Part shown: piece after piece, positions 1 to 9,476 of the stretch | Layout: each line of letters starts with the position of its first letter | How positions within the stretch are numbered: position 1 is the first letter of the stretch | Assembly: GCA_045597185.1 (NCBI GenBank) | Contig: JAZODV010000157.1 | Coordinates: forward strand, 1-50,991 | DNA length: 50,991 bases | Source: Eubacteriales bacterium | GTDB taxonomy: Bacteria; Bacillota; Clostridia; Oscillospirales; CAG-272 | Direction of reading: 5' to 3' | Notes under the pieces: model-generated | What the model saw: the letters and a program-made list of their open reading frames with translations, nothing else | Databases searched by the model: none | What the model was told of the DNA's origin: nothing | Translations under genes and position numbers: made by a program

Positions 1-875
1 GCGATAGGCATAGGTGTACGTACACCTGCAACAACGTCCTCACCCTGTGCGTTGGTAAGGAACTCACCCATAAGCTTCTTCTCACCGGTAGCGGGGTCAC
101 GTGTGAAAGCAACACCTGTACCGCAGTCGTCACCCATATTACCGAAAGCCATCATCTGTACGTTAACAGCGGTACCCCAAGAATAGGGAATATCGTTGTC
201 ACGACGGTATACGTTTGCACGGGGGTTGTCCCAAGAACGGAAAACCGCCTTGATGGCGCCCATAAGCTGTTCCTTAGGATCAGAGGGGAAGTCCTCACCG
301 ATCTTTGCTTTGTACTCAGCCTTGAACTGATTTGCGAGCTCCTTGAGGTCATCAGCTGTAAGCTCGATGTCCTGCTTTACGCCCTTTTCTTCTTTCATCT
401 TGTCGATGAGCTCTTCGAAGTACTTCTTTCCGACTTCCATAACAACGTCGGAGTACATCTGAATAAATCTTCTGTAGCAGTCCCAAGCCCATCTGGGGTT
501 GCCGGAGCTCTTTGCCATATACTCAACAACGTCCTCGTTGATACCGAGGTTGAGAATGGTATCCATCATACCGGGCATGGATGCACGTGCGCCCGAACGA
601 ACCGAAACGAGAAGAGGATTCTCCTTGTCACCGAACTTCTTGCCGGTAACGCCTTCCATCTTTACGATATACTCGTTGATCTCAGCCATGATTTCGGGAT
701 TGATCTGACGGCCGTCTTCATAGTACTGAGTACATGCCTCTGTCGAGATCGTGAATCCCTGAGGAACGGGGAGACCGATGTTGGTCATTTCGGCAAGGTT
801 TGCACCTTTACCACCGAGAAGCTCACGCATGGAAGCATTACCCTCGGTAAAAAGATAAACATACTTTTTGCTCAT
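1..875 (-). CDS. ppdK: pyruvate, phosphate dikinase, N-terminal part (gene continues past the left window edge)
   Basis: Manual minus-strand translation from the ATG (complement of 873-875) gives [52 protein letters not shown]...[35 protein letters not shown]. This is the typical PPDK nucleotide-binding N-terminus. SD-like GGAGAAA sits upstream. It is missing from the ORF track because it is truncated. Confidence 0.9.
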   Translation of the reverse strand, partial: MSKKYVYLFTEGNASMRELLGGKGANLAEMTNIGLPVPQGFTISTEACTQYYEDGRQINPEIMAEINEYIVKMEGVTGKKFGDKENPLLVSVRSGARASMPGMMDTILNLGINEDVVEYMAKSSGNPRWAWDCYRRFIQMYSDVVMEVGKKYFEELIDKMKEEKGVKQDIELTADDLKELANQFKAEYKAKIGEDFPSDPKEQLMGAIKAVFRSWDNPRANVYRRDNDIPYSWGTAVNVQMMAFGNMGDDCGTGVAFTRDPATGEKKLMGEFLTNAQGEDVVAGVRTPMPI

Positions 876-918
876 GCTTTTTCTCCTGTTTTTTTAAATA
901 TTTTTTGTATCACACGAT

Positions 919-948
919 ATTATACCACACATCATACACATTTTTCAA
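919..948 (-). promoter_or_regulatory. putative sigma-A promoter for ppdK (TTGAAA-18-TATAAT with TRTG -16 element)
   Basis: The reverse complement reads ttgaaaaatgtgtatgatgtgtggtataat. Prediction from sequence only. Confidence 0.4.
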
Positions 949-1006
949 GGGGTTTGCGGTATTTTTTTAATTTTTTTGTAAAATATTTCAAATATTTGTT
1001 TGGCTG

Positions 1007-1035
1007 TTGACATAACGAGAGTTTTGAGATATAAT
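1007..1035 (+). promoter_or_regulatory. putative sigma-A promoter for pth-mfd (TTGACA-17-TATAAT)
   Basis: ttgaca at 1007-1012 and tataat at 1030-1035, with a 17 nt spacer. Confidence 0.45.
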
Positions 1036-1073
1036 AATGAGGTTAAATACATCGTACCGAAAGGTAGTTTGGT

Positions 1074-1718
1074 ATGACAAACATATTTGATCTGTTTAAA
1101 AAAATCGAAAAAGAACAGACACCGGTATCGCCGGTGGCTTTTATTGTGGTGGGGCTTGGAAATCCGGGCACGGACTATATGTATACCAGACATAACGCAG
1201 GATTTCTCGCAATAGATTATATGGCAGAGCGTCTTGGTACAAATGTAAATCGTGCAAAATTTGATGCGCTTTACGGAGATACCCAAATAGCCGGCAAAAG
1301 AGTATTGATGGTAAAGCCTCAAACGTTTATGAATCATTCAGGTGAGGCAGTTCGTCAGATCTCCGAATTCTACAAGATTCCGATAGAGAATATAATTGTA
1401 ATATCCGATGATGTTTCACTGCCTGTCGGACGCATAAGAGTCAGACGCTCGGGCTCTGACGGTGGGCAACGCGGGCTTAAAAGCATTATATATCATTTGA
1501 ATTCTGATAAATTCCCGAGGGTCAAGATTGGAGTCGGTGAAAAGCCTAATCCAAACTATGATCTTGGCGATTGGGTGCTGTCAAAATTCACGACCGACGA
1601 GCAAAAAATACTTTTTGACGAATTTGCTTTGGTCATGACCGGCGTCGAAAAAATAGTTTCCGGAGATATTGACGGTGCTATGGCGTTTTGCAATACACAG
1701 AAGAAGGAAGTACAGTGA
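1074..1718 (+). CDS. pth: peptidyl-tRNA hydrolase
   Basis: VGLGNPG...YxxTRHNAGF motif and length. Conserved pth-mfd synteny. Confidence 0.9.
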   Translation: MTNIFDLFKKIEKEQTPVSPVAFIVVGLGNPGTDYMYTRHNAGFLAIDYMAERLGTNVNRAKFDALYGDTQIAGKRVLMVKPQTFMNHSGEAVRQISEFYKIPIENIIVISDDVSLPVGRIRVRRSGSDGGQRGLKSIIYHLNSDKFPRVKIGVGEKPNPNYDLGDWVLSKFTTDEQKILFDEFALVMTGVEKIVSGDIDGAMAFCNTQKKEVQ

Positions 1719-4700
1719 TGTCTATTCTGACTTCCGGGATAAGAGAAGACAAAGAGTATTCACAGCTGCTTTCTGCGATAGAAAAAGAGTATAATTCAAA
1801 AGTAACCTTGCCATTGCTTGTCACAGGTCTTTGCGATGGAGCAACCGATTCGCTTTTTATTTCTCTTTTTGAGGATATCAAAAGGAAGCACGGAGCATCT
1901 CTTATTGTATGTTCCGATGAAAAAGAATGCTTGAGACTTTGCAACTTGCTTAATGCGAATTCAGTAAAGTCTGCGTTTTTTCAAGCCCGAGACCTTACGT
2001 TTTATAATATTTCCGCCTCTCATGACTATGAGCATGAGAGGCTTAAAGTGCTTTATGAGCTGTCAACCGGAGCTGTTGATGCCGTCACGGTTACACCAGA
2101 TACGTTGCTCGGATATACCGTACCGCCAAAGCGCCTTAATGATGCGACGGTGTTTTTTGACTACAGTACCGAGATCGATCCGTCAAGTCTTGCAAATACG
2201 CTTGTCGCGTCGGGATATAAAAGGGTAGAGCTTGTAGACGGACCGGGACAGTTTGCGATACGCGGAGGAATAATCGATATTTTTCCGCCTTGCGGATATT
2301 TTGTCTGCTCCGATAAGGAAACTCTTACAGGTCCTCATCCCATAAGAGTTGAGCTCTTTGACAGAGAGATAGACAGAATGGGTATTTTCGATCCATCGTC
2401 ACAGCGAGTTACAATCAATGTTCTACAAGCAGAATTGCCGCCCGCAAAAGAAGTTATTGCAGACAAAGAAATGCTTAAAGACATAAAAGAAATCGTGTCT
2501 TCACTTCTGAAAAAAGCAAAAGACGAACGTGTGATAGAAGAGCTTAAAGGCGAGATAGCTGTACTTGATGCGGCAACTGACGGAAGCACAGAGGTCGGCT
2601 TTATCGATAAATACATTACTAGGGTTTATCCTGAAAAGGCAACTCTTATGGATTATTTTCCCGACAGATCAACATTATTTATAAAAAACACTGGAGAGAT
2701 ACAGGAGAGACTCAAAGCGAGAAAATGGCATAACGACAATATGATCGTTGAACTTATAGAATCAGGACTGGTTTCACCGAAATATGCCGAATACAATCTC
2801 GAAGAATCTGAGCTTGACCGCTTCTTTGAGAGAAACGTAACGATTCATATGGATTCTATCGCAAGAGGGCTTTCAGGGAAAAAGCTTGGCGGAATGTTCA
2901 GCTTCAGAACTCGCCATATCGTATCTTATGCAGGAAATTATGAGTTACTTGCCGATGATCTTGGCACATATCAGAAGGGCGGCTGGAAAACCGTTATTGA
3001 AACAGAAAACGAAACAGATGCAACTAATCTTAAAGGATATCTTACGGATAAAGGTTTTGTTGCGCACGTTGAAAAAAACGGCGACGGTTTGAATATAAAA
3101 AACATAAACAACGGCGAGTTCCTTGTTTCTTCTGGAAGTGGCATACGCGGATATGAGCTTATGACGCCCCGTATTGCCGTTCTGTCAATGCTTCAAGATG
3201 AGAGAAGCGCGTCTGCCGCGGCGGCAAGACTTCGCAAAAAAGGAAAAAAGAAAAAATCTGGAGAAAGTATTCTTTCATACTCGGAGCTTAGTGTCGGTGA
3301 TTACGTGGTTCATGAAAGTTACGGTATCGGACAATATGAAGGAATAGAAAATCTTACTATAAACGGTACTTCACGAGATTATATAAATATTAGATTTGCG
3401 GGTGCTGACAGACTTTATCTTCCGACAGAAAAGCTTGATCTACTTTCAAAATATATTGGAGCAAGATCTGAGGACGGATTTGTAAAGCTTTCGAAATTCG
3501 GCGGAAACGAATGGGGAAAAGCTAAATCGCGCGCAAAAGCTGCAGTAAAAGAGATCGCGAAGGACCTTATAAAGCTTTATGCGGAAAGAGAACGCCGACC
3601 GGGATACGCTTTTCCCGAGGACGATGACCTTCAAAGAGATTTTGAAGTCGCGTTTGAATATGAGGAGACTGATTCACAGCTTACTGTAACTGAAGAAATA
3701 AAAGCCGATATGACAAAGCCTGTTCCGATGGACCGACTGCTTTGCGGTGACGTAGGATTTGGTAAAACAGAGGTGGCGTTCAGAGCGGCATATAAGGCTG
3801 TTCTTGGCGGTAAGCAGGTCGCGATACTTGTACCGACAACGATACTTGCTCTTCAGCATTATCAGACGGCTGTAAGCCGAATGAGATCATTTCCCGTTAA
3901 CATTGATATGCTGTCGCGCTTCAGAACCCCAAAGCAACAGGCAGCAACTATCCGCGCGGTCAAACGTGGGGATGTGGACATTATTATAGGAACGCACAGA
4001 ATGCTTTCAAAGGACATTGAATTCAACGACCTTGGTCTTTTGATTGTTGATGAGGAACAACGCTTTGGTGTTGCTCAAAAGGAAAAAATAAAACAGCTTT
4101 CGGGCAATATAGATGTGCTTACCTTAACGGCAACGCCGATACCTCGAACGCTTAACATGGCAATGGGCGGTATCAGAGATATTTCGATACTTGACGAAGC
4201 CCCTGAAGACAGACTTCCTATACAGACGTATGTTCTTGAAGAAGACGACCTTATTATATTCGAGGCAATAAGGCGCGAGCTTCACAGAGGCGGGCAGGTG
4301 TTTTATCTTCACAATGCAATAGAAACTATAGACAATGTAGCAGCAAAGCTTTCTGCGGCATTTCCTGAAGCTCACATTACAACGGCACACGGACGGATGG
4401 ATAAAGACAGACTTGAGGATATCTGGAAGTCTATGCTTGTCGGTGAAACAGACATACTTGTTTGTACAAGTATAATAGAAACCGGTGTTGACGTTCCTAA
4501 TGCAAATACTCTTATTGTGGATAACGCGCACCGCTTGGGACTTTCACAGCTTCATCAGATAAGAGGACGCGTTGGACGTTCTTCAAGACGGGCATACGCT
4601 TATTTTACTTTCCCTAAAAACCGTGCCATATCCGACATAGCGGAAAAGCGACTTGCGGCACTCAGGGAATATGCGGAGTTTGGTGCAGGATTCAGAATTG

Positions 4701-5308
4701 CGCTTCGAGACCTTGAACTAAGAGGTGCGGGAAATCTGCTTGGAGCGGAACAGCATGGGCATCTTGACGCTATAGGCTATGAGCTATATATAAAGCTGCT
4801 TCACGAAGCGGTGCTTGAAGAGCAGGGAAAAGCCGAAAGGCCAAAATCCGATTGCACCATGAGTCTTGATATCAATGCGTTCATACCCGAAAAATACGTA
4901 AAATATCAGCCGCAGAGAATGTCGCTGTATAAGCGTATCGCAACTATACAGACAAACGAGGACCGCGACGATATATTAGACGAGCTTTCAGACAGATTCG
5001 GAGAGCCTCCGAAGGAAGTGGAAAGTCTGCTTGATATTGCGCTTCTGCGCGCAAAAGCAATAGAGTGCGGATTTACCAAGGTTACTCAATCGGGCGGTGA
5101 GGTCAATATAACTCCCGAAAAATTTGAGCTTTCGCCGTGGCAGATCCTGTCGGATGAATACGATGCCAAAATAAGGCTCGTTCTGTCAGCACCCGAGCCG
5201 TATATCGCGTTGAAGCTTCCAAGTAAAGGGAACAAACTCGATGCAGTTAACAGATTGTTTGAAAATTATCTTGAAATTTTACAAGATAACTGTAGACTTA
5301 ACGGTTGA
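1718..5308 (+). CDS. mfd: transcription-repair coupling factor
   Basis: About 1196 aa. It has the CarD-like segment (DYVVHESYGIGQY), DEAD/DEAH helicase motifs (GDVGFGKTEVA, DEEQRFG, TATPIPRT) and a TRCF C-terminal domain. The ORF opens at 1688, but the ATG at 1718 overlapping the pth stop (gtGATGtc) is the more likely start. Confidence 0.93.
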   Translation: MSILTSGIREDKEYSQLLSAIEKEYNSKVTLPLLVTGLCDGATDSLFISLFEDIKRKHGASLIVCSDEKECLRLCNLLNANSVKSAFFQARDLTFYNISASHDYEHERLKVLYELSTGAVDAVTVTPDTLLGYTVPPKRLNDATVFFDYSTEIDPSSLANTLVASGYKRVELVDGPGQFAIRGGIIDIFPPCGYFVCSDKETLTGPHPIRVELFDREIDRMGIFDPSSQRVTINVLQAELPPAKEVIADKEMLKDIKEIVSSLLKKAKDERVIEELKGEIAVLDAATDGSTEVGFIDKYITRVYPEKATLMDYFPDRSTLFIKNTGEIQERLKARKWHNDNMIVELIESGLVSPKYAEYNLEESELDRFFERNVTIHMDSIARGLSGKKLGGMFSFRTRHIVSYAGNYELLADDLGTYQKGGWKTVIETENETDATNLKGYLTDKGFVAHVEKNGDGLNIKNINNGEFLVSSGSGIRGYELMTPRIAVLSMLQDERSASAAAARLRKKGKKKKSGESILSYSELSVGDYVVHESYGIGQYEGIENLTINGTSRDYINIRFAGADRLYLPTEKLDLLSKYIGARSEDGFVKLSKFGGNEWGKAKSRAKAAVKEIAKDLIKLYAERERRPGYAFPEDDDLQRDFEVAFEYEETDSQLTVTEEIKADMTKPVPMDRLLCGDVGFGKTEVAFRAAYKAVLGGKQVAILVPTTILALQHYQTAVSRMRSFPVNIDMLSRFRTPKQQAATIRAVKRGDVDIIIGTHRMLSKDIEFNDLGLLIVDEEQRFGVAQKEKIKQLSGNIDVLTLTATPIPRTLNMAMGGIRDISILDEAPEDRLPIQTYVLEEDDLIIFEAIRRELHRGGQVFYLHNAIETIDNVAAKLSAAFPEAHITTAHGRMDKDRLEDIWKSMLVGETDILVCTSIIETGVDVPNANTLIVDNAHRLGLSQLHQIRGRVGRSSRRAYAYFTFPKNRAISDIAEKRLAALREYAEFGAGFRIALRDLELRGAGNLLGAEQHGHLDAIGYELYIKLLHEAVLEEQGKAERPKSDCTMSLDINAFIPEKYVKYQPQRMSLYKRIATIQTNEDRDDILDELSDRFGEPPKEVESLLDIALLRAKAIECGFTKVTQSGGEVNITPEKFELSPWQILSDEYDAKIRLVLSAPEPYIALKLPSKGNKLDAVNRLFENYLEILQDNCRLNG

Positions 5309-5353
5309 AATGGTGTATAATTGCAAAATAAATAAAATAATGGAGAAAAATAA

Positions 5354-6901
5354 ATGAAAAAAGCAGTAAAAATTATTTCTTTGCTTTTGGCAATAGTTAC
5401 ATGTCTTGCTGTGTTCTGCTCTTGCTCTACCAATAATAAATACGTGGCAAGGGGAGATAAGCACAACAATAAATTTTCTGTTGCTATGTATTCGCTACTG
5501 ACCGCTTATATTAAGGGGCAGGACGCGTATGCGATCGCAAACAAGTACGGAAGCGTCAACAGCGCGGACTATTGGGATATGGTAGTAGACAGTGACCAAA
5601 CGAGAATGAAGGATGTATATATGGACACTGTTGAGGAGACCGTCAGATATTACGTTGCAGCAATGGAGCTGTTTGATGAGCTTGGACTTAAGCTGACCAA
5701 AGAGGAAAAGGATGCCATCGATGCCGAGCTTGACGAGCTTATAGAGCTTCACGCAAACGGTTCGAAAAATGAATTCAACGCTATTCTAGCCGACTACGGA
5801 GCAAATTATAAAACTCTTCGTGAATGTAAAATTATGAACGCAAAGCTAAAAAAGCTTATGGTAGAGCTTTACGGCAGCGGCGGATCAAAAATATCGGGAG
5901 AACTTAAGCAACAGCATATTGAAGACAATTACGTTTCGTATCTTCAGGTGGTTCTTCCGTTGTTCCGGTACGAATACAGAACCGACGATAATGGGAATGA
6001 GATTTACTACAAAGTAGACGACGAAGGAAATTTTGTTACCCAAAAGGCAGAAAACGGAACGTCTTATTACGTTATAGCGTACGATAAGGAAAACGGTTTT
6101 ATTCTTGACGGAGACCGTGATCTTCTCGGAGACCGAGTATATAAAACATACGATAACGTAAAAATCATTTATGATACGAAAAATGGGACTAAAAGCGACG
6201 AAAAGGACAGCTACGGAAACTATATTTATTACAACTCCGAGGGTAAGATCGCATACGACATTGCCAACGGAATAAGTGAAATGGATATTGACCGTGACGG
6301 TTCCGACGACCTTGATAAAAACGGCGATCCCATTTATTACGATTTTGATATCGTTGTTGCGTATGATACCGAAAACGGTGAAAAAATGGTTGCAAATGAT
6401 CAGACGGGATATCCTAAAACCAATCGTGTAAATGCTTCCGAAAAGGCTGAAATAAAGGCGAGTGCCGAAAAAATACTTGATCTTGCAAAATCTGTCGATA
6501 AAAACGGATTCCGTGAGCTTATTACCATATACGACAAGTCTGAGGCGGAAAACAACGGCTCTCCCGTATATCTTACAACCGCATCATCAGGAAAGGGAAG
6601 CGAGCTTGTAAACGACTTGTACACAAAGGTAAAAGGGCTTGACTTCGGTGAGGTGATGCTTTATGAAAGTATTGACGAGGAGTTTCCGACATTCAATATC
6701 ATAATGCGCTGTAAGATTGAAGATAACGCGGCAGATCAGAAAAACAACACTATATATTTTGAGGAGCTCGCATCGACGATAGCAGAAAAGCTGCTTTCCG
6801 AAAAGCTGAAGCCCTATATGGACACTGTGGAATTCAAGGATTCATACAGAGATACAGTGGATATAGCCACGATAACTCCAAATTATTACTATTTTGATTA
6901 A
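5354..6901 (+). CDS. secreted or lipid-anchored protein, PrsA/SurA-like foldase homolog with a repeat-rich insertion (function tentative)
   Basis: N-terminal signal peptide ending in VFCSC, a non-canonical lipobox. The helical N-terminal region and the C-terminal segment (FRELITIYDKSEAENNGSPVYL...GEVMLYES) resemble the SurA-N and parvulin regions of PrsA-like proteins. The position downstream of mfd is typical for prsA-like genes in clostridia. SD GGAGAAA. Confidence 0.5.
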   Translation: MKKAVKIISLLLAIVTCLAVFCSCSTNNKYVARGDKHNNKFSVAMYSLLTAYIKGQDAYAIANKYGSVNSADYWDMVVDSDQTRMKDVYMDTVEETVRYYVAAMELFDELGLKLTKEEKDAIDAELDELIELHANGSKNEFNAILADYGANYKTLRECKIMNAKLKKLMVELYGSGGSKISGELKQQHIEDNYVSYLQVVLPLFRYEYRTDDNGNEIYYKVDDEGNFVTQKAENGTSYYVIAYDKENGFILDGDRDLLGDRVYKTYDNVKIIYDTKNGTKSDEKDSYGNYIYYNSEGKIAYDIANGISEMDIDRDGSDDLDKNGDPIYYDFDIVVAYDTENGEKMVANDQTGYPKTNRVNASEKAEIKASAEKILDLAKSVDKNGFRELITIYDKSEAENNGSPVYLTTASSGKGSELVNDLYTKVKGLDFGEVMLYESIDEEFPTFNIIMRCKIEDNAADQKNNTIYFEELASTIAEKLLSEKLKPYMDTVEFKDSYRDTVDIATITPNYYYFD

Positions 6902-6919
6902 TTTTTTTGCAAAAAGTAC

Positions 6920-6947
6920 TTGACAAAATAAAAAAGCGTGGTATAAT
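6920..6947 (+). promoter_or_regulatory. putative sigma-A promoter (TTGACA-16-TGgTATAAT) driving the TPP riboswitch and thiT
   Basis: ttgaca at 6920-6925 and an extended -10 tggtataat at 6939-6947. Confidence 0.5.
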
Positions 6948-6961
6948 AAGCACAATTGAAT

Positions 6962-7052
6962 ATGTCACAGGGGCGCTGACGTACGTCGGCTGAGACGAAG
7001 CTTGGCTTCGAACCCTTTAACCTGATACGGATAATACCGGCGTAGGAAGTCA
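6962..7052 (+). promoter_or_regulatory. TPP (THI-box) riboswitch aptamer
   Basis: Conserved THI-element strings: aggggcgctg...ggCTGAGAc...gaACCCtttaACCTGATacGGATAATaCCggCGTAGGAAg. It lies directly upstream of a thiamine transporter gene. Confidence 0.85.
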
Positions 7053-7056
7053 AAAT

Positions 7057-7101
7057 AACCGACCGAAACGGAGTCTTTTTATCTGTCTTGGTCGGTTTTT
7101 T
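7057..7101 (+). terminator. intrinsic terminator, probable expression platform of the TPP riboswitch
   Basis: aaccgacc (7057-7064) pairs with ggtcggtt (7090-7097) and is followed by a T-run. It lies between the aptamer and the thiT start. Confidence 0.6.
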
Positions 7102-7129
7102 ATATTTCATTTCTTTGGAGGAAGAAAAA

Positions 7130-7720
7130 ATGCAAGAAAAAAGTTTGTCAAAAAGAAGAGAGTACATTCGCAAAATGGTCGAATGTGCATTACTTGTAGC
7201 GGTTGCGGTCGCAATAGACCTGATACCGTTTCCGAAGTGGCCGCAAGGCGGTTCGGTGTCGCTGTGTATGATCCCGATCGTTTTCTGCTCGTACAGAAAC
7301 GGAGCTAAATGGGGACTTGCCGCAGGTTTCGTTTTGTCGTGCGTACAGATGATAATGGGCTTTTACGTTCCGCCGGCAAATACCGTATGGGCGATAATTC
7401 TTTGTGTGCTTCTTGACTATGTGATAGCATTTACCGCACTTGGTTCGGCTGATATTTTTGCAAAGCTTTGCGGAAGATTCAGAACCGTCGGATATGCCGT
7501 AGGCGCTGTTGCCGCAGGTATTATAAGATTCCTTTGCAGCTTCTTGTCGGGCATCGTTCTTTGGGATTCTTATACACCTGAGGGTATGTCTGTATGGTGG
7601 TATTCGCTTACTTATAACGGTAGTTACATGCTTCCAAATACAGTAATTGCGGCAGTCGCAGTTACTCTGCTTTGCGGACTTATTGATCCCAAAACGCTTA
7701 AGCCTGTAAAAAACAAATAA
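7130..7720 (+). CDS. thiT: thiamine transporter, ECF-type S component
   Basis: A roughly 196 aa multi-TM protein (ECALLVAVAVAIDLIPFPKWPQGGSVSL...) under a TPP riboswitch. SD GGAGGAAG 6-7 nt before the ATG at 7130. The ORF-track start at 7088 lies inside the terminator and is rejected. Confidence 0.85.
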   Translation: MQEKSLSKRREYIRKMVECALLVAVAVAIDLIPFPKWPQGGSVSLCMIPIVFCSYRNGAKWGLAAGFVLSCVQMIMGFYVPPANTVWAIILCVLLDYVIAFTALGSADIFAKLCGRFRTVGYAVGAVAAGIIRFLCSFLSGIVLWDSYTPEGMSVWWYSLTYNGSYMLPNTVIAAVAVTLLCGLIDPKTLKPVKNK

Positions 7721-7723
7721 ACA

Positions 7724-7755
7724 AAAAACGCACTTTTCAAAAGTGCGTTTTTTTG
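7724..7755 (+). terminator. intrinsic terminator after thiT
   Basis: cgcact (7729-7734) pairs with agtgcg (7742-7747), followed by T8. Confidence 0.7.
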
Positions 7756-7784
7756 TTGACAGTTATTTTACAGTATGATATAAT
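7756..7784 (+). promoter_or_regulatory. putative sigma-A promoter (TTGACA-17-TGaTATAAT)
   Basis: ttgaca at 7756-7761 and tataat at 7779-7784 with a TGn extension. Confidence 0.5.
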
Positions 7785-7814
7785 ACAGATAGAAATATTT
7801 TTTGAGGGGGATAT

Positions 7815-8153
7815 ATGAAAAAAGCATTGCCATATATTTTTGCGGTTGCCGAAGGACTGTGTCTTGGACTTGCCGCAGCGTCTTTTATGAGCTTCCTGTC
7901 TATAGGAATGCCGTTTGCTTCGTCCCCCGGTCACCCTGTTAGATATATGTTTATGTGCCTTGCGATAATGGTAATATCGGGGATAGCGTTGGTTGCATTG
8001 TTGATATATAACTACTTTATTTTAGACAAGGTAAAAAGCAAAAAAACTGTTATTGTAATTGAATTTATAATATTCTTTGTTTGCTTTTTACTATCAATGT
8101 CGGGCTTTTTTGAATTTAATAAAAGCGTTTTGTTGAATTTGTTTTTTTATTAA
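7815..8153 (+). CDS. small hypothetical integral membrane protein (112 aa, about 3-4 TM)
   Basis: The ORF has SD GAGGGGG 5 nt upstream, its own promoter and terminator, and a strongly hydrophobic sequence. I recognise no family. Confidence 0.5.
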   Translation: MKKALPYIFAVAEGLCLGLAAASFMSFLSIGMPFASSPGHPVRYMFMCLAIMVISGIALVALLIYNYFILDKVKSKKTVIVIEFIIFFVCFLLSMSGFFEFNKSVLLNLFFY

Positions 8154-8190
8154 AAATAATACCGCCGCATTTGCGACGGTATTATTTTTA
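8151..8190. terminator. bidirectional intrinsic terminator between convergent genes
   Basis: aataataccgccgc pairs with gcgacggtattatt (13 of 14 positions), flanked by an A-run and a T-run. Confidence 0.65.
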
Positions 8191-8721
8191 ATTATAATTG
8201 TAACCCAACATAATCGCTTTCTTATTATTCTCAATAAGCTTTGCTTTGGTCGCGGGAATTCCTGCAACCATAAGGTCGATGAACTCATTTATCTCAAAAA
8301 GTCCTGTGAGCTTAAGAAGATATCCGAGAATTATTACGTTCGCTCCACCTTCAAGTCCGTTGTCGGAGGCAAGAGCAGTTGCGGGAATGTAATATGCCTT
8401 GATGTCGTCACGCTCACTCTTTTTGTTTATAAGAGAGCTGTTTGCAATGAGTATGCCGCCTTCTTTTATCTTTGCCTCAAACTTGTCGAAAGAAGGAAGG
8501 TTGAATGCGATGAGAATGTCAGGACGGTCGATTATAGGAGAACCGATCTCATTATCGGAAATAATGACCGAGCAGTTAGCCGAACCTCCGCGCATTTCGG
8601 GACCGTATGACGGAAGCCACGAAACGTTTTTGTCCTGATGCATTGCGGTTTTTGCAAGCTGCTTGCCTGCAAAAAGTATACCCTGACCGCCAAATCCTGC
8701 AAGAAGTATTTCTGTCGTCAT
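8188..8721 (-). CDS. 2-oxoacid:ferredoxin oxidoreductase, gamma subunit (Kor/Oor type)
   Basis: MTTEILLAGFGGQGILFAGKQLA...SYGPEMRGGSANCSV is the typical gamma-subunit signature. Last gene of the delta-alpha-beta-gamma operon. Confidence 0.88.
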   Translation of the reverse strand: MTTEILLAGFGGQGILFAGKQLAKTAMHQDKNVSWLPSYGPEMRGGSANCSVIISDNEIGSPIIDRPDILIAFNLPSFDKFEAKIKEGGILIANSSLINKKSERDDIKAYYIPATALASDNGLEGGANVIILGYLLKLTGLFEINEFIDLMVAGIPATKAKLIENNKKAIMLGYNYN

Positions 8722-9476
8722 TTTGCGTCGCCCTCCTTAACAGCGTCGATGTCCTTATAAACGCCAAGCGGATAATATGGCATCATGTTTTCGCGAAGCC
8801 ACTGGAGTGCCTCTGTAGGACTCATACCCCAGTTTGTGGGGCAAGTGGAAAGAACTTCAACAATGGAAAGACCTTTTTTGTCAATCTGATTTTGGAAAGC
8901 CTTCTGAATTGCTTTCTTTGCTTGATTTACATGTGCGGGAGTATCTACTGCGACACGCTGAGCAAAGGCAAGACCGTCAAGAGACGAGAGAAGCTCACAA
9001 ACTCTGATAGGATTACCCTGTATCATGGGATTTCTTCCATAAGGAGAGGTCGTAGTTACCTGGCCGGGAAGAGTGGTAGGCGCCATCTGCCCGCCTGTCA
9101 TTCCGTAAATTGCGTTATTTATAAATATAATTGTAAGGTTCTCACCACGCGTCGTTGCGTGTATGGTTTCCGCTGTACCGATAGCGGCAAGGTCTCCGTC
9201 ACCCTGATATGTAAATACGATCTTATCTGGGTGAGTACGCTTTACACCCGTAGCTACGGCAGGTGCGCGTCCGTGTGCTGCTTCGATCATGTCGCACTCA
9301 AAATAGTTATAAGCGAATACAGAGCACCCAACAGGCGCGATACCTATTGTGTCCTGCTCAATTCCAAGATTGTCTATGGCTTCCGCAACAAGACGGTGAA
9401 CGATACCGTGTGTGCATCCGGGGCAGTAATGAAAGGGAACGGGAGAGAGTGCTTTGGGTTTATCAAATACTACCAT
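8718..9476 (-). CDS. 2-oxoacid:ferredoxin oxidoreductase, beta (TPP-binding) subunit
   Basis: HYCPGCTHG near the N-terminus and the GDGD TPP motif (YQGDGDLAAIG). The start is taken at the ATG (complement of 9474-9476) overlapping the alpha stop. The longer track ORF to 9578 overlaps the alpha subunit. Confidence 0.88.
   Translation of the reverse strand: MVVFDKPKALSPVPFHYCPGCTHGIVHRLVAEAIDNLGIEQDTIGIAPVGCSVFAYNYFECDMIEAAHGRAPAVATGVKRTHPDKIVFTYQGDGDLAAIGTAETIHATTRGENLTIIFINNAIYGMTGGQMAPTTLPGQVTTTSPYGRNPMIQGNPIRVCELLSSLDGLAFAQRVAVDTPAHVNQAKKAIQKAFQNQIDKKGLSIVEVLSTCPTNWGMSPTEALQWLRENMMPYYPLGVYKDIDAVKEGDAK

Noticed and set aside
1688-1717. Upstream extensions of track ORFs: mfd from 1688, korB to 9578, thiT from 7088, M42 paralog 3 from 38545.
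   Set aside because: The extensions overlap the preceding gene or a terminator, and they lack an SD. Internal starts with an SD or stop-start coupling fit the family N-termini better.
3229-3260. An A-rich tract (aaaaaaggaaaaaagaaaaaa) inside mfd, encoding KKGKKKKS. I considered it as a possible slippery or frameshift site or a pseudogene lesion.
   Set aside because: The reading frame is continuous, with conserved Mfd domains in the same frame on both sides. It is most simply a basic interdomain linker.
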